64,000 nt of DNA, from assembly GCA_043228905.1 (NCBI GenBank), contig JBHGNT010000016.1, positions 7,440,001-7,504,000 on the forward strand, written 5' to 3'. Under the pieces are notes generated by a model that saw nothing but the letters and a program-made list of their open reading frames with translations, made no database searches and was not told where the DNA came from. The stretch is from Azolla caroliniana. Taxonomy: Eukaryota; Plantae; Polypodiophyta. Below, piece after piece: positions 1-12,500 of the stretch; position 1 is the stretch's first letter, and every line of letters begins with the position of its first letter. The position numbers and the translations under genes are program-made.

Positions 1-3000
1 ATACAAAACCGCATTGGTGACAAGGTGTCAGCTCATGAGCTGTATTTCGGGCGCAAGCCGAACTTAAGACACCTTCGGATATTCGGCAGCATAGCATATG
101 TGCATTTGTCGGATCAGAAGCGGAGAAAGCTGGATGCAAAATCGGAAAAATGCATTCTACTCGGCTATGCTCCAGAGCAAAAGGGGTATAAGTGCTATAA
201 CCCCTGGACGAAGGAAGTCCGAGTTAGCCGGGATGTCGAGTTCGATGAATCGGCATCCTGGTACTCCGTACCGACTCCGACTTCCGATCCCGACCCAATG
301 CCGAAAGATCAAGCCAGTGAGCCTGAATCAGCCTTGGAAGAGGATGATGAAGCCGGGACTCAAGATGAGAGTCCAGAATCGTTGCGGTTGAGTGGCCCGA
401 ACGAGCGACTGAGTCGGTTGGACCAGTCAGATGAAGAGACGGCAAGTGGTGGAGACTCTGTCGTGCTCTCCCCGCGCAAGGAACCAAGGAAACGGTTCAC
501 GCGCAAAGAGAAAGGGAAGAGGAAGACGCCGGAATTCGAAACCGGCAACGATGAGTCGGATCGGTGCGTATCCGACTCCGGAAAGAAGAAAGGCGGATCT
601 TCGGCAATGAAGACCGAACTGGCCAAGAAGGGCCTCAAATCAGGTGACGGTGCGTTGCGCCGATCAACCCGCCAAAAGGATCCCGTCATGCGGTACGGGT
701 ACAATGAATACATGGCGCATCATTATGCGTACATGTCTAAGGTAACAGAAGTGTGTGAGCCGGAGAGCTACGCAGAAGCGGCAAAGGACGCAAATTGGCG
801 TGCCGCTATGGACGAAGAAATGTGGGCACTCGATGCCAACGAAACTTGGGACCTAGTTGATCCTCCCCATCACTGTAAACCGATCGGATGCAAGTGGGTG
901 TACAAGGTCAAGTACAACGCCGACGGTTCTGTTAACTGGTACAAAGCCCGGTTAGTGGCGAAGGGATACGCGTAGACCCACGGAAACGACTACGACGAGA
1001 CCTTCGCTCCTGTGGCGAAGATGGCGACAGTTCGTGTGGTACTGGCGGTTGCTGTGGCAAGGGGGTGGCATCTTCACCAGATGGATGTGAAGAACGCCTT
1101 CCTTCAAGGAGAGCTTGAAGAAGAAGTCTTTATGACTCAGCCCCCCGGATTTCAATCGGAGATGAACAAATCGGCGGTATGCCGACTGAAGAAGTCGCTT
1201 TACGGCTTGAAGCAAGCCCCCTGAGCTTGGAACGCGAAGATCACGCACTGGTTGCATAAGCTGGGGTTTGTTGTCTCTAAGGCTTTGACGGTCCGGTATG
1301 TATACTCTTGTCTGTGAATGATTTAGTCATCACCGGACCGGGTCTTCCCGAAATCAACCGCGTCAAGTCCCAGTTGTCGGACGCATTCGAAATGAAGGAC
1401 TTGGGGGACCTTCATTATTTTCTTGGGATCGAAGTGATCCGGACCCCCGACGGCATATTGCTCTCACAACGACATTACGTGTTGAATATGCTGTATAAGT
1501 TCGGCATGACGGATTGCCGACCTGTCTCCACACCCCTGGACCGGAACCAGAAGCTCCGTCCCAACTCCGGAACGGCTTGCAATGAGAAACGGTTCCGACA
1601 GGTTGTCGGAAGCCTGATCTACTTAACCATCACCCGACCCGACATCAGCTATCCGGTCGAGATGGTAAGTCAGTTCATGCAGGAGCACCTTCAGTGCGCG
1701 CAACGTATATTACGGTATGTTAGCGGCACTAAGGACCGGGGACTGCTATACCGGCGAGGTATACCCGAAGACCTTGTCGGTTACACAGATGTTGACTGGG
1801 CTGGCGATGCGTCTGATCGCCGCTCCACTTCTGGATACATGTTCTCCATAGGTAGCGCGGCCGTTGCGTGGAGCAGCAAGAAGCAGCCCACATTGGCTTT
1901 GTCAAGCACTGAGGCTGAGTATCGGGCCACTACCGTTGCCACTTGTGAAGCCATTTGGCTTCGGCGACTGCTGCGAGAATTGCGGATCGAGGTAACAAAC
2001 CCGATCCCGATTTACTGCGATAACATGAGCAACCTGCAGCTCGCCAGGAACCCCGTGTTCCATGCTCGCACAAAGCACATCGAGGTGCACTACCACTTCG
2101 TGCGTGAGCGGGTCCTGAGTGGTGAAGTTGACCTACGGTATGTTCATACGGATCGACAACTTGCCGATATCTTCACCAAGCCGCTCGGATCGGACAAGGT
2201 GTAGTACTTTACCGACATGCTTGGTATTCAGCATCTCGACGTGCCGCACTTGAGGGGGAGAAGCAAGGGCAAAGTCTCTATCCAAACGGGCAAAGGCCAA
2301 AAAACTGTTGAACTCGTCGGTAAGAGGAAAGCCGGAAGAAGAGGAGACAAGAAGATGAAGGAAGCCGAGTCGAGGAAGGAAAGCGACACATCCGAACAGG
2401 TCGGAGCAAGCGGCTGTGGAGAAGAGTTGTGCACTCAGGAAGAGAAGTGCATGTTGTGCGGAGGTCATCACGACAGTACTAACCATGATACAGAGTCGAA
2501 TGAAGAATTCGATTTCGGTTCACCGGCTGAAGAAGCCGAGGGAAGCATGGAGAAGGCCAAGACACGGAAGTGGTCCGATGTGGTGAGAGGCCTGAAGCCG
2601 GAAGTCGAATCGGAGTGTACCGATTCGGACAAGAGCTGGAACGAGTCGGAGACAGCTGACTCGGATCAACAGATGGATCCGGATGAGTCGGATCGACTGA
2701 AGGCCAAGGGGACACAGACACAGCGGAAGTCGATGCCATCGTGGGAGAACCGACGGATCGGCAAGCACTGGAGTCACAACAACGTGAGTGATGAGATGGG
2801 CCTATTGAGCAGACATGCCGACCGAGAGGGTCGAGGCGCGCAGAACCAAAGGGGTCACGGCAAACGGGACCGGACCGGACGAGGAGCGCGAGCAAGGCGG
2901 AGTGACACCAGGAGAAGTCGGTTGGAAGAACCAACTGCCACATAGGTCGACACTACGACCCCACCTCAGGTTGAGCTTGAGGGGGAGTGTTGAGCGGCAA

Positions 3001-3374
3001 GCTCAACCGGAGCCGGAGCCGGTAAACGAGACGGATTGGGCGAAACGGATCGGTATGACGGTGAGCAACCGAACCGGCAAGCAGTGGAGGCCGGGTGCAA
3101 TCTGTAACCGGAAGACCAGTCGGAAGCCTAGTATAGGATAGACTACTAGGTAGCTATAGTCTCGTAGTGAGTGTCAGATGCTCGTGTGAGCATTGACGTA
3201 CATGGTACTTCTGTCAGTCCCAAGAGGACTTGTATAAATAGTGCTACTTAGCATAGTGTGTGGAGAGAGTCTTGATATAATTTGGAAATTACGTTCTGCT
3301 CTCTCTCTCTCTCCCTCTCTCTCTCTCTCTTTGTTGTTCTCTGCTTTACGCTTTCACAAACACTTACGTTTTCA
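1..3374 (+). mobile_element. Ty1/copia LTR retrotransposon, 3' half (integrase C-terminus, RT, RNase H, C-terminal extension, 3' LTR); degenerate, 5' part outside the window
   Basis: ORFs 25..975, 1012..1224 and 1308..2204 carry copia motifs ([69 protein letters not shown]), broken by stops and a deletion. PPT CTTGAGGGGGAG at 2976-2987 is followed by TGTTGAG. Confidence 0.95.
2988..3374 (+). repeat. 3' LTR of the first copia element (about 387 bp, TG...CA)
   Basis: Starts TGTTGAG right after the PPT, has a TATA-like GTATAAATA near 3232 and a CT tract, and ends TTTTCA. Layout and length match the 388-bp LTRs at 9053 and 14374. The right end is inferred by that analogy. Confidence 0.75.
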
Positions 3375-4121
3375 GGAAGCCGAGAAGACGATTCCGGACG
3401 CGTTCTGGAAGCAACTGAACGAGAGGGAGAGAAAGAGAGGGAGCGCGCGCTTGACACCGACTCACACACACCACACCGACCCAACTCACGCCCTTATGTA
3501 TAGGAAACGCGGGGAAGGGAAAGCATCCGACACCAACAAAGACACGAATATGCACAGACAAACGCAAATGTATATATTACAAGGGAAGAAGAAAAAAAAA
3601 TACATCCCCGGCTTCGAGCCGGACCAAGGTAGGTTAGGTTACAGCAACGGTTTGCTGCCAAGCCGCCGATCGGGGGCTCACGGACTTGTCGTGCCGAGTG
3701 GGGTCTTGCGCAGGAGGCCAGGGTGAAGTAAACCTACAACAGGGAAAGATACAACCCCGGTCGCGAGCCGGGTACGCTCAAGAGAAGAGGAGTTGACCTA
3801 ACAGCTTTCTCGCCATAGCTGCCGCCCGAGTACTCGAGAACGAGAAGAAGAAGAAGAAAGAAGAGACTAACCTTAAACTAACGGTATACCCTCTAATACA
3901 AAATGGGCAACCCCCTCGAAGAGGGGCGCTCCCTTCCTTTTATAGAACAAGGAGAGGGATGCGTTATAATGTGGGATAAATCCCGACTTAACTACTATTC
4001 GGCACCATAAAGGCGCCCTCGTTATTCACACTAAATGTACAAGGGTGAGCGCACATGCTGCACCTCGCCGATGTAGCCAACATTTCCCGGTTTCCGCCTC
4101 TGACCAAAATTCTTCACGACA
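3375..4121 (-). mobile_element. Partial LTR related to the solo LTR at 42476-43540, interrupted by the first copia element
   Basis: Shares blocks with 43290-43540 (AAAATGGGCAACCCC, TTTTATAGAACAAGGAGAGGGATGCGT, ATAAATCCCGA, TGTACAAGGGTGAG). Ends ...CACGACA at 4121, with a TATA box on the minus strand. Confidence 0.7.
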
Positions 4122-5863
4122 CCGCTCCATTGGATAATAGTACACGTAGATTCATTAAATGTCTTCTAGAGTGTACCATTCGGAGTACTTATTGAACATT
4201 TAGCAAATTTTAACCCATTGTTATTTGAGAGCTCAACAATGGGTTTTTTATCAATATGTTCAAAATGGTTCAATTGATGAAATGGAGATATTATTCCAAT
4301 TTTTATGTTATTGGGGACTACAACAGAATTGGAATATGTGTAATGCTTTCATGTTTGATAATAGACATGGGGTGAAAGCCTATATAAAGAAGCTAAAAGG
4401 TATTCTTATGTGGAATTTTGGATGTTTTCCTCAAATGCATATTTAGGTTTTTTAATGGCTTTACATGACATTCCTCTCCCTACATAAGAATATGATAGAT
4501 AGAGGAGACTAAGAAGTGTTGTAATTAAGTGGATTTTACATACAATTAATATAATTATGTGCTTTTACCAAAAAAGAAAAGAAAAGAAACGAGAGAGAGA
4601 CTTATTTATTTTCTTTGTTGTCTAATAAGATGTTAGTTATTACATACGTATGTATTAGACACATTTCTATTCGGATCTCTCTCAACCTGTATGACGTTAG
4701 AACAGGATTTTATTTTATTTTTCTTGTGCCTTCTTTTCTCGCTTTTTCTTGTCCAAAATTATATGCTAGTGTCTTCTTTTCTTGTGCATGTGTCTTAATT
4801 TTTTGCATCCTTGTAGAGAGAGGAACATAGGACCCCTTCGGATTTTGAACAAGATCTTTTACATTGGACGTTTTCTACATTAGCGGCATGTGCTTCTCTT
4901 ATAACTAGGTAGGGAGTCGAAGTCCCGTTTCGAAATGTGTGCTTCTTCTGCCATGAGTTTAGACACATTAGTTGTGCCTCGTATCTGAAGGCTGATCGAA
5001 GATCAACTAGATGTCTTGTAGATTTTTAGGGAATCATGCCCGGCATTTGCATTGGCCATTAATATACGAAGATGCAATAGGTTCATTTTAAAGGAACTAA
5101 GTGATGAGGGATAACAATGGGGAATTTGATAAGGTTCGGTTAGAATTGAAACCTGAAAAACAAGTCATAATTTTTTTGTTGTCGTGAAGTGTCACATAAA
5201 GGAGAATGTGCTTAAATAGTACTATGAAGAAAAGTGGTGGTGGCATGCATGGGATCATGTAACGAAATACGTTCCATATATTAATACCCCTTATTCCCCA
5301 TATATAAAGGTCTTTCATTCCAGTTTAATAACTCCTGGGGGAATTTGAGAAAAGAACTGGTATTATAAAATACCATTAGGGCCATTTTGATCCAAATCAT
5401 TTATGGACTCTTAATGTATGAGAACCGTTTCTACTCTTACAATTCCTCTCTATCTTTTTTGTCGTATGCTGTCCTTCTTTGTTTTCAATTTTGATTCCTC
5501 TCTATCGTTTTTGTCGTAATATTCGTGTTCATTAGCCCAAACATTCGAATGCGTATGTTATTAAAACATTCTTTTGTTTTTTTTTACACTTTTTACCTTA
5601 ACTTTCTTACCCTAAAAGAAATTTTACCTAATAATAAATAATGAGTGTAAAAGTATGGTATTTACCATACTTCGAGGGTGTTTTTCTTACGCAAATGATA
5701 CGAATATTAGCAAATGCACAAATGGTACGGATGCTTCATATTATGGTTTAAAGACTATTGAAAACTAGCAAAGGCACTGCTAGCAAAGGCACTGCTTCTT
5801 TCCTGGCAATGTAGTACATATCCATACAGACACACACACATTCTTGTAGGGTTGGATCATCAT

Positions 5864-7825
5864 CTACACATACTGGATCTTGAATCCACCAATAGTCACT
5901 TGACTTTCCTTGCCATTCACTAACTTGGAGACCACGGAAACGACGAGCGTGTCTTGGTCTTCGATCCCGAGATTGGCAATGTTGGTCGTGATACTGAGGC
6001 GGATGTCTGCCACGTGGCCCGTGTCCATGCCCATGCCCATGTGCGGCAAGCTCACGTACGAACCCACGTACTCCGCACAATTTAAAGTTGTCGATGTGTT
6101 TGCATCCGGCAAGTTGATGAAGACCGCAAGGTATGTGTTGCTCCCAGTGGGGACAATAACATCTTCGAGTACCAACACTTCCTCCACTTGCGACTCCGTG
6201 ATGCCTTTAGCTTGGGCGAATGTTGCCTTCCCACCCGTGGGTCGACTCACCACGGCTGTCAGCGTCTTGGAGGCGGCCAGCTTCTGCACGGCTTGGCCCT
6301 TGGACTTGGACACACCTTTGGGCAAACTGGGTTTCGCCTTAGGTACAACTCCTTTAACATTTCCAAGGGGCTTAGGAAAGAGGCGGCGGTAGAGCTCGGA
6401 CCCTGGCGATGGCTCGTACATGATGCCTAATTGCTTCTGTGAGTTGAGACAATCCTTGACCTTCACTTGGACGAGCTCTGATTTCTCGTTGTAGAAGACA
6501 AAGGAGGATTCGAGGAAATCGGTGTCGGAGTAGAGCTCCTTACGCCGGTCAGGGAGGGTGTCCCAGATGTACCAACAGCGGTCAACGTTCGCGTGGTGGC
6601 TGTAGAAGACGGGGTCAAGCCCGGACGAGTAGAAGTTACCCAGATCTTCATTGTAAGTATTCCGAGTATCTCCGACCCACACGTGGATCGCGGTGTGTGG
6701 GCCTAACTCCAGCGAGCCGGCGGCGCCTTGGTTGAATAAATCACTTCAGTTTTGAGCAAAAACAAAAGGAAGACATAATGAGACATGTATTAAAACCCCC
6801 TGACATGGACATGGGCATGTGAACATCTATTGGAAAAGAAAGAAGAGAGGGGGGGGGGGGGCTTACCCAAGGAGAGGAGCTTGCCCTAAGAAGAGCTCTT
6901 GGGTGGTGGGCTTGATGAGAGAGTTATACATGACACTAATGTTGTCCAGCACGATCTCCCCATTGGTCTTGCTAGGTGCATCGCTCACGCCCCCCAGTGG
7001 AGCGAGTGTGGGCGGCAGTGACCGGACATCACGGTTTATATCATAGAGTGCCGGGTACTTGTACTTCTGGTTGAAGATCGCGGGAAACACATTGCCGCCA
7101 TCCGTCTGGTCGTCCCAGTTCCAGTAGGGCAACGCGAACGTCGGGTCTTTGATGAGGCTCCCGAGGATACGCTCATGGAAATAGAGGTAGTAGCGGTGCC
7201 ACGGGAAGAAGAGGTAGCTGAAATGCACCTGGAATGGCTTGTCGGGAGCTTGGGCAGAGAAGTAGGCGCCGTTACAGAAGGCGCAATGGACATCGGCTTG
7301 TTGCTTGAAGCTCCGGGGGTCGTCGTCGGGCAGCCCACGCATGAGCTCGTACGCTTTGTTGTATTTCTCCACATACTTGTCGTCAACGGCATTCGCACGT
7401 CGGCGGATTCTGGGAATACTGGCGGATTCGCTGGGGACATAGGGTTTTGCGGGGACCCTGGATGTGGGCAAGCGACACTTGACGGTGTAGGAGGCTGAAA
7501 CGGTGGCCGGCACAAATTTGCTGAGATCGGGAGGCGTGGTGGGGGCGCCGAGAGCCGTGCCGCTGTGACCGAGGAAGAGTTGGGCAGCGCCGCCCGCCAC
7601 TCCGCCCGCCAGGAGCTCCCGTCTCTTCCTCTGGCTCGTTGTTGTTGCATCGCCAACGCCATCATCGGCACCAGTGCTCTGGCTTGCATGGAAACTCTTC
7701 CTACAAGATATGCTAGTAGTACTACTAGGGACACATGATCTAACTCTAAGTACTTTCTTATCTCCTACAAGGAAACAGGAGTGTACGCTGGACAGGGGTA
7801 GGCAGCAAGTGAGGCTTGATTCCAT
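5864..7825 (-). CDS. PPO: Polyphenol oxidase (type-3 copper catechol oxidase/tyrosinase family), plastid-targeted; exons 7825-6867 and 6743-5864, about 612 aa
   Basis: Ser/Thr-rich transit peptide and twin-Arg motif RRELL plus a hydrophobic stretch. CuA: HCAFC...HFSYLFFPWHRYYLYFHERILG. CuB: GPHTAIHVWVG...DLGNFYSSGLDPVFYSHHANVDR. DWL-like (DFL) and KFDV-like C-terminal domain (EEVLVL...AEYVGSY..LPH). A GT..AG intron at 6866-6744 (123 bp) joins the two ORFs in frame (LLG|DLFNQGAAGSLE). Confidence 0.95.
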
Positions 7826-9052
7826 GGCTGGATGGAGTTTACAAGAAGAAAGAAAGAAGTGATTTTGTGTGGGGTGGTGTGGGTAGAATGGGCCTCAAAT
7901 ATATATATCAATATGTAGACAGAGTGAGAGCCCTTATATTTTTTTGGGCACGTGTAGAAAAAACGATTGATACGACTCACGAGCTATGTACTTAGACTGC
8001 TCAATTATGTACCTCAAAGTTAAGACATACACAAAAGTTATGGAAACTTGAAACACAAAGTGACCATGTTTGACCACCCCCCCCCTTCCATGTAAAAAAA
8101 ACACAATCAATTACCCTTATTCTAGCACATGGTGTAAATAACCATATGACATGCATTCGTATTTGGGTATGTATATGGTAAACATATGGTAAACACCCAC
8201 GAGGTACGGCAAATACCATGCTCATTATTTACCATAACGTAAAAAAAAAAAGTTGAAGGTAAAAATATTTTAGTGCACGTGTAGGTGGGCATCAAATGCT
8301 TAATTTCCCATGTAACACTTGGGCTTGATGAAGAATGCAAGGCTCCTCCTCGATCAAAATGTCAAAGCTCAGAAAAGACTAAAAAAAAATGAACACGTCT
8401 TAACATTGTATCAAATATTGATGAAAATGCAAGTATTTCAACTCCAACCAAGTTAGCATATGGTAGCATATGGACAATTCAAGGGCAACAAGGAAAATAT
8501 AACTGGTGAATCCATCAATAAAGAGATGGAATTTATCTATTGGTAAAGTACATTGTTCAAGCAACTGCTTGTATTATTGTTGCCAGTTAGCTAATATCTT
8601 GCTTGATGCACGCTAGGAGAATGTCAATGAAGGTGAATATCGTAACACTATATAATGCACCTGTGGTTATCAAATTTGTTAATAGAGGGGCAAAAAATAT
8701 GTCTAATGGCAAAGCAATGGATGCAACTTTAATAGCAACTATCATGGATCAAGTTACCAAACAAGGTTTTCCAAAAGTTTGGCTCATGCATTCAATTAAA
8801 CCAATACATAAACGAGATAAGAAAATTGGTATCCAACATTCGAAACTATTACAGTTAGCTACACTATGGGTAGCCTATATAGCATTATTATAAAACAAAC
8901 GATTAGCTCATGGGTTGAACATAAAGAAAAATTAGCACTCAAATAAAAAACAAGTCAATTTTTTTATCATCCACAAGGAGGCCAATTTAATCTAGTGGAT
9001 AGAATAAGCCTATATGTGACTCCTTAAGAAGTGGAAATAATGCATTCACATG

Positions 9053-9440
9053 TGTTGAGAGACAAGCTCAACATCGGCCGGATCGGCTGAAGAAGCTGAG
9101 GACCGGATCGGTTGGGACCGATCGGTTAGGCCGAGTGCGTAAACCGGGAGGTCGTTAGGAAAGATATTCCGCGAGGAATATATTTGGGAGTTAGTGTAGG
9201 GGCTCTTGATGAGCATTGAAGTACTGTCAGTACTTCGGTCAGTCCTTTTAGGACTTGTATAAAAGTGCTCACTGAGCACGTCTTATGTACAGAGATTGAG
9301 TATTATTGTGAAATATAGTTTTTTGTGTTCTCTCTCTTTGTCTCTCCTGCGTATACCGTGTAAGCTCAAGCTCTCCATTGAACCTGTGTTTCCTTCCTCT
9401 GTTCTATCTTCATACCTGCTTCCGCACGCTACTTTCTACA
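9053..9440 (+). repeat. 5' LTR of the full-length copia
   Basis: Direct repeat of 14374-14761 with about 8 substitutions counted by eye. Confidence 0.97.
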
Positions 9441-9452
9441 TGGTATCAGAGC
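9441..9452 (+). promoter_or_regulatory. Primer-binding site complementary to the 3' end of initiator tRNA-Met
   Basis: TGGTATCAGAGC directly after the 5' LTR, the canonical plant PBS. Confidence 0.95.
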
Positions 9453-9512
9453 GCGAGGGTTGAGAACCTCTCTGCAGCCGACATAGCTTGACGAAGAAGA
9501 ACAAGAAGAACG

Positions 9513-12500
9513 ATGGATAGAGGCATGGCAAGCTCGCTTCCAACAGAGAAGCTCGACAGAAAAAACTACGCGTCTTGGTCCTACAAGATGCATCAGTACC
9601 TGCTCGGGCATGGCTACAGGAGTTATGCCGAAGGAGCTAATGACACGGCACCCGAATCGACACACAGAGACTTCCCGTCGTGGGAGCAATCAGCGAGCAG
9701 GGTACTATACTGCTTCGCGTCATGTGTGGGCGAACAACTATTGAGCTATGTTCGGGATGCAAAGACGCCAAAGGGTGCGTGGGAAAATCTGAAGAAGATT
9801 TTCGCCGCGAGCACCACAGTCAAGAAGCTTCAGCTCCGATAGGAGTTGAGCAACCTACGACAACGCGACTTGTTGGTGGCGGACTATACCTCGAAGATCA
9901 AGGGTATCTGCGACTCCCTCGCCTCCATAGAGGTGAACATCGAGGAGAGCAAGATGGTCCAGATCTGTCTCGGAGGTTTGGCGTCGAAGTTCGGAGCGTT
10001 CCGAACGGTTGTGTGTACCCTCGAGAATACGCCGTCCTTTTTCGACTTATAGTCGATGCTCCTGGTAGAGGAGAACCACGCGGGTGCGTCGACGAGCACG
10101 CACACCGACAACAAGATGTTGTACACGGAGGGAGAAAGGCCCCGTGGTCGTGGCGGACGAGGCGAGTCGGTACGCAATGGAAGCGGTCGACCAGATCAAG
10201 GAAGATGGCACCGAAGTGATGCCGACAGCAACTCTAGACCCTCCGGAAACAGGGGGAGTCAAAGCGATGAGAACCGGCAAGGGAAGGCCATCGCGGAGTG
10301 CTGGTACTGTGGCAAGAAAGGCCACAGGGAAAGCGAGTGCTGGAAGAAGCGCGTCGATTTGGAGACAACCGATTCCGGAAACGGCTCCAGACATACCCAA
10401 AAGGGAAATCGGCAGCGATCGCACTACGCCAAAGACTCCGGGAGAGCCGGAGAAGGGACTGCCTTCGTGACGAGGCACGAAGCAAACTCAATGAAGCAGA
10501 CCACCCCGAGATCGGACCAGGTGTGGTACGTAGACTCCAGCGCGTCAAACCACATGAAGAGCCATAAGGAGTGGTTCTCGTAACTTGAAAAACCGATACA
10601 ACCTGGAGTAGTCGCAACAGGAGACGACACTCCGCATCCGATCGCGAATGTCGGAGAAGTTCCCCTTAGCCATGTCGGGCAGAAAGGGAAACTCATGAAC
10701 GTACTGCACGTCCCGACAATCACGAAGAACTTGGTTTCGGTCAGACAGATCGTCGACCAAGGAATGGAGGTTCGGTTTACACACCTCGGGTGCTTCATTG
10801 AGGAAGAAGGCCGTGTGATTGCGCAAGGGCGCAGAGACGGGAGGATGTTCATCCTCGACTCCACTGACGGTGGCACCGCAATGTTTGCGAAGGGACAAAA
10901 GACCGAGTCGGACATCGACTTGTGGCACAAGCGGATAGGCCACATCAACTACCAGTGGCTTCAAGATCTGCAATCGAAACAGGTAGTGTTCGGATTGCCC
11001 AAGTTTAGTGGCCGAAAGGCACAAATTTGTGAAGCCTGCCAGCTCGGGAAGCAACACCGACTTCTTTTCCCCAACGAGCAAAACCGTAGTCGGAACAAGC
11101 TCGACCTTATACACTCGGATGTGTGGGGGCCGGCACAAAACGTTAGTCTTGGCGGGAGCCGATATTTCGTCTCCTTCATCGACGACCACACGTGGCACAC
11201 GTGGATCTACCTCATTGAGAGGAAGAGCGAACGAAGTCTTTGACTGTTTCCGGGACCTCAAGGAGTTCGTGGAAACCGAAACGGGACGAAAGATCAAGTG
11301 CCTGCGGTCGGATGGCGGAAAAGAGTACTTTTCCGGTCAATTCAACGGTTATCTACAACAAATGGGAATTCGCCGCGAATTCAGTTGTAGATACACGCCA
11401 GAGCAGAACGGCGTGGCCGAGAGGAAGAATCGGTCGATTGTGGAAGCGGCACGGGCAATGCTGGAGGAGAAGAGCTTGCCCAAGTTCTACTGGGCCGAGG
11501 CGGTAAGGACCGCGGTATACATCCAAAACCGGATCGGAGACAAAGTGTCAACGCACGAGCTATATTTCGGAACGAAGCCGAACTTGCGACACTTGAGGGT
11601 GTTCAGTAGCATTGCGTATGTGCATGTACCGAAGGAGAAAAGGAGGAAGCTGGACGCAAAAGCCGAGAAATGCATCTTGGTCGGTTTCTCGGATGAGCAG
11701 AAGGGTTATAACTGCTATAACCCTCACACCAAACAAGCGCGTGTCAGCCGCGACGTTGTGTTTGACGAGTCCGCGTCCTGGTACCTGCCCCCGACTCCGA
11801 ACCCTGCCTCCAATCCGAGCTCTGACGATGAGGTCAGCGAGGCCGAGATGCCTCCGGATGAGCCCGAAATCGAGACCCACGAAGAGAGTCCGATTTCACT
11901 CCGATTAAGTGAACCGATTGGACGACTGGGTCGGTACGACCAGTCCGATGAGGAGCCAGCGAGTAGTGGAGACTCGGCCGTGCATTCCCCGCGCAGGAAG
12001 CCGAGGAGATGGCTTACGCACAAAGAGAAAGGGAAGAAGAAGGTGTCGGATTCTGGCACGGAAAGGAACGAGTCAGACCGACGCGAGTCCGACTCCGAGG
12101 GAACCGGTGACAGGTCTTTAAAGATGAAGACCGCGTCGATCGAGAAGGCCTCGACATCGGCTAACGTGAGATTACGCCGATCTACCCGCCAAAAGAACCC
12201 AGTTGTGCGGTTCGGTTACAATGAGTACATGGCGCATCATTATGCGTACATGACCCGTGTAGCGGAAGTACGTGAGCCGGAGAGCTACGCAGAAGCGGCT
12301 AAAGACGCGAATTGGCGTGCCGCGATGGAGGAAGAGATGCACGCATTGGCGGAGAACGAGACCTGGGACCTGGTTGACGCACCGAAGGGTGTGAAGCCGA
12401 TCGGGTGTAGATGGGTGTACAAAGTCAAGTACAACACCGATGGCTCGGTCAACCGGTACAAGGCTCGGCTAGTGGCAAAGGGCTACGCGCAGAAACACGG

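Noticed and set aside
2217-2945. env-like gene after pol
   Set aside because: No hydrophobic or transmembrane segment; the ORF is in frame with pol and is treated as the Pol extension.
4225-4446. Possible MULE-like transposase relic
   Set aside because: Only a vague resemblance over a short stretch, with no catalytic motif or TIRs.
5910-7734. Long alternative-frame and antisense ORFs over PPO (5910..6392, 7036..7734, 7175..7498)
   Set aside because: Expected by-products of GC-rich codon usage, with no recognisable domains.
8400-9047. Degenerate coding-like sequence (ORF 8603..8893) at the copia insertion site
   Set aside because: Many stops in all frames and no motif I can assign.
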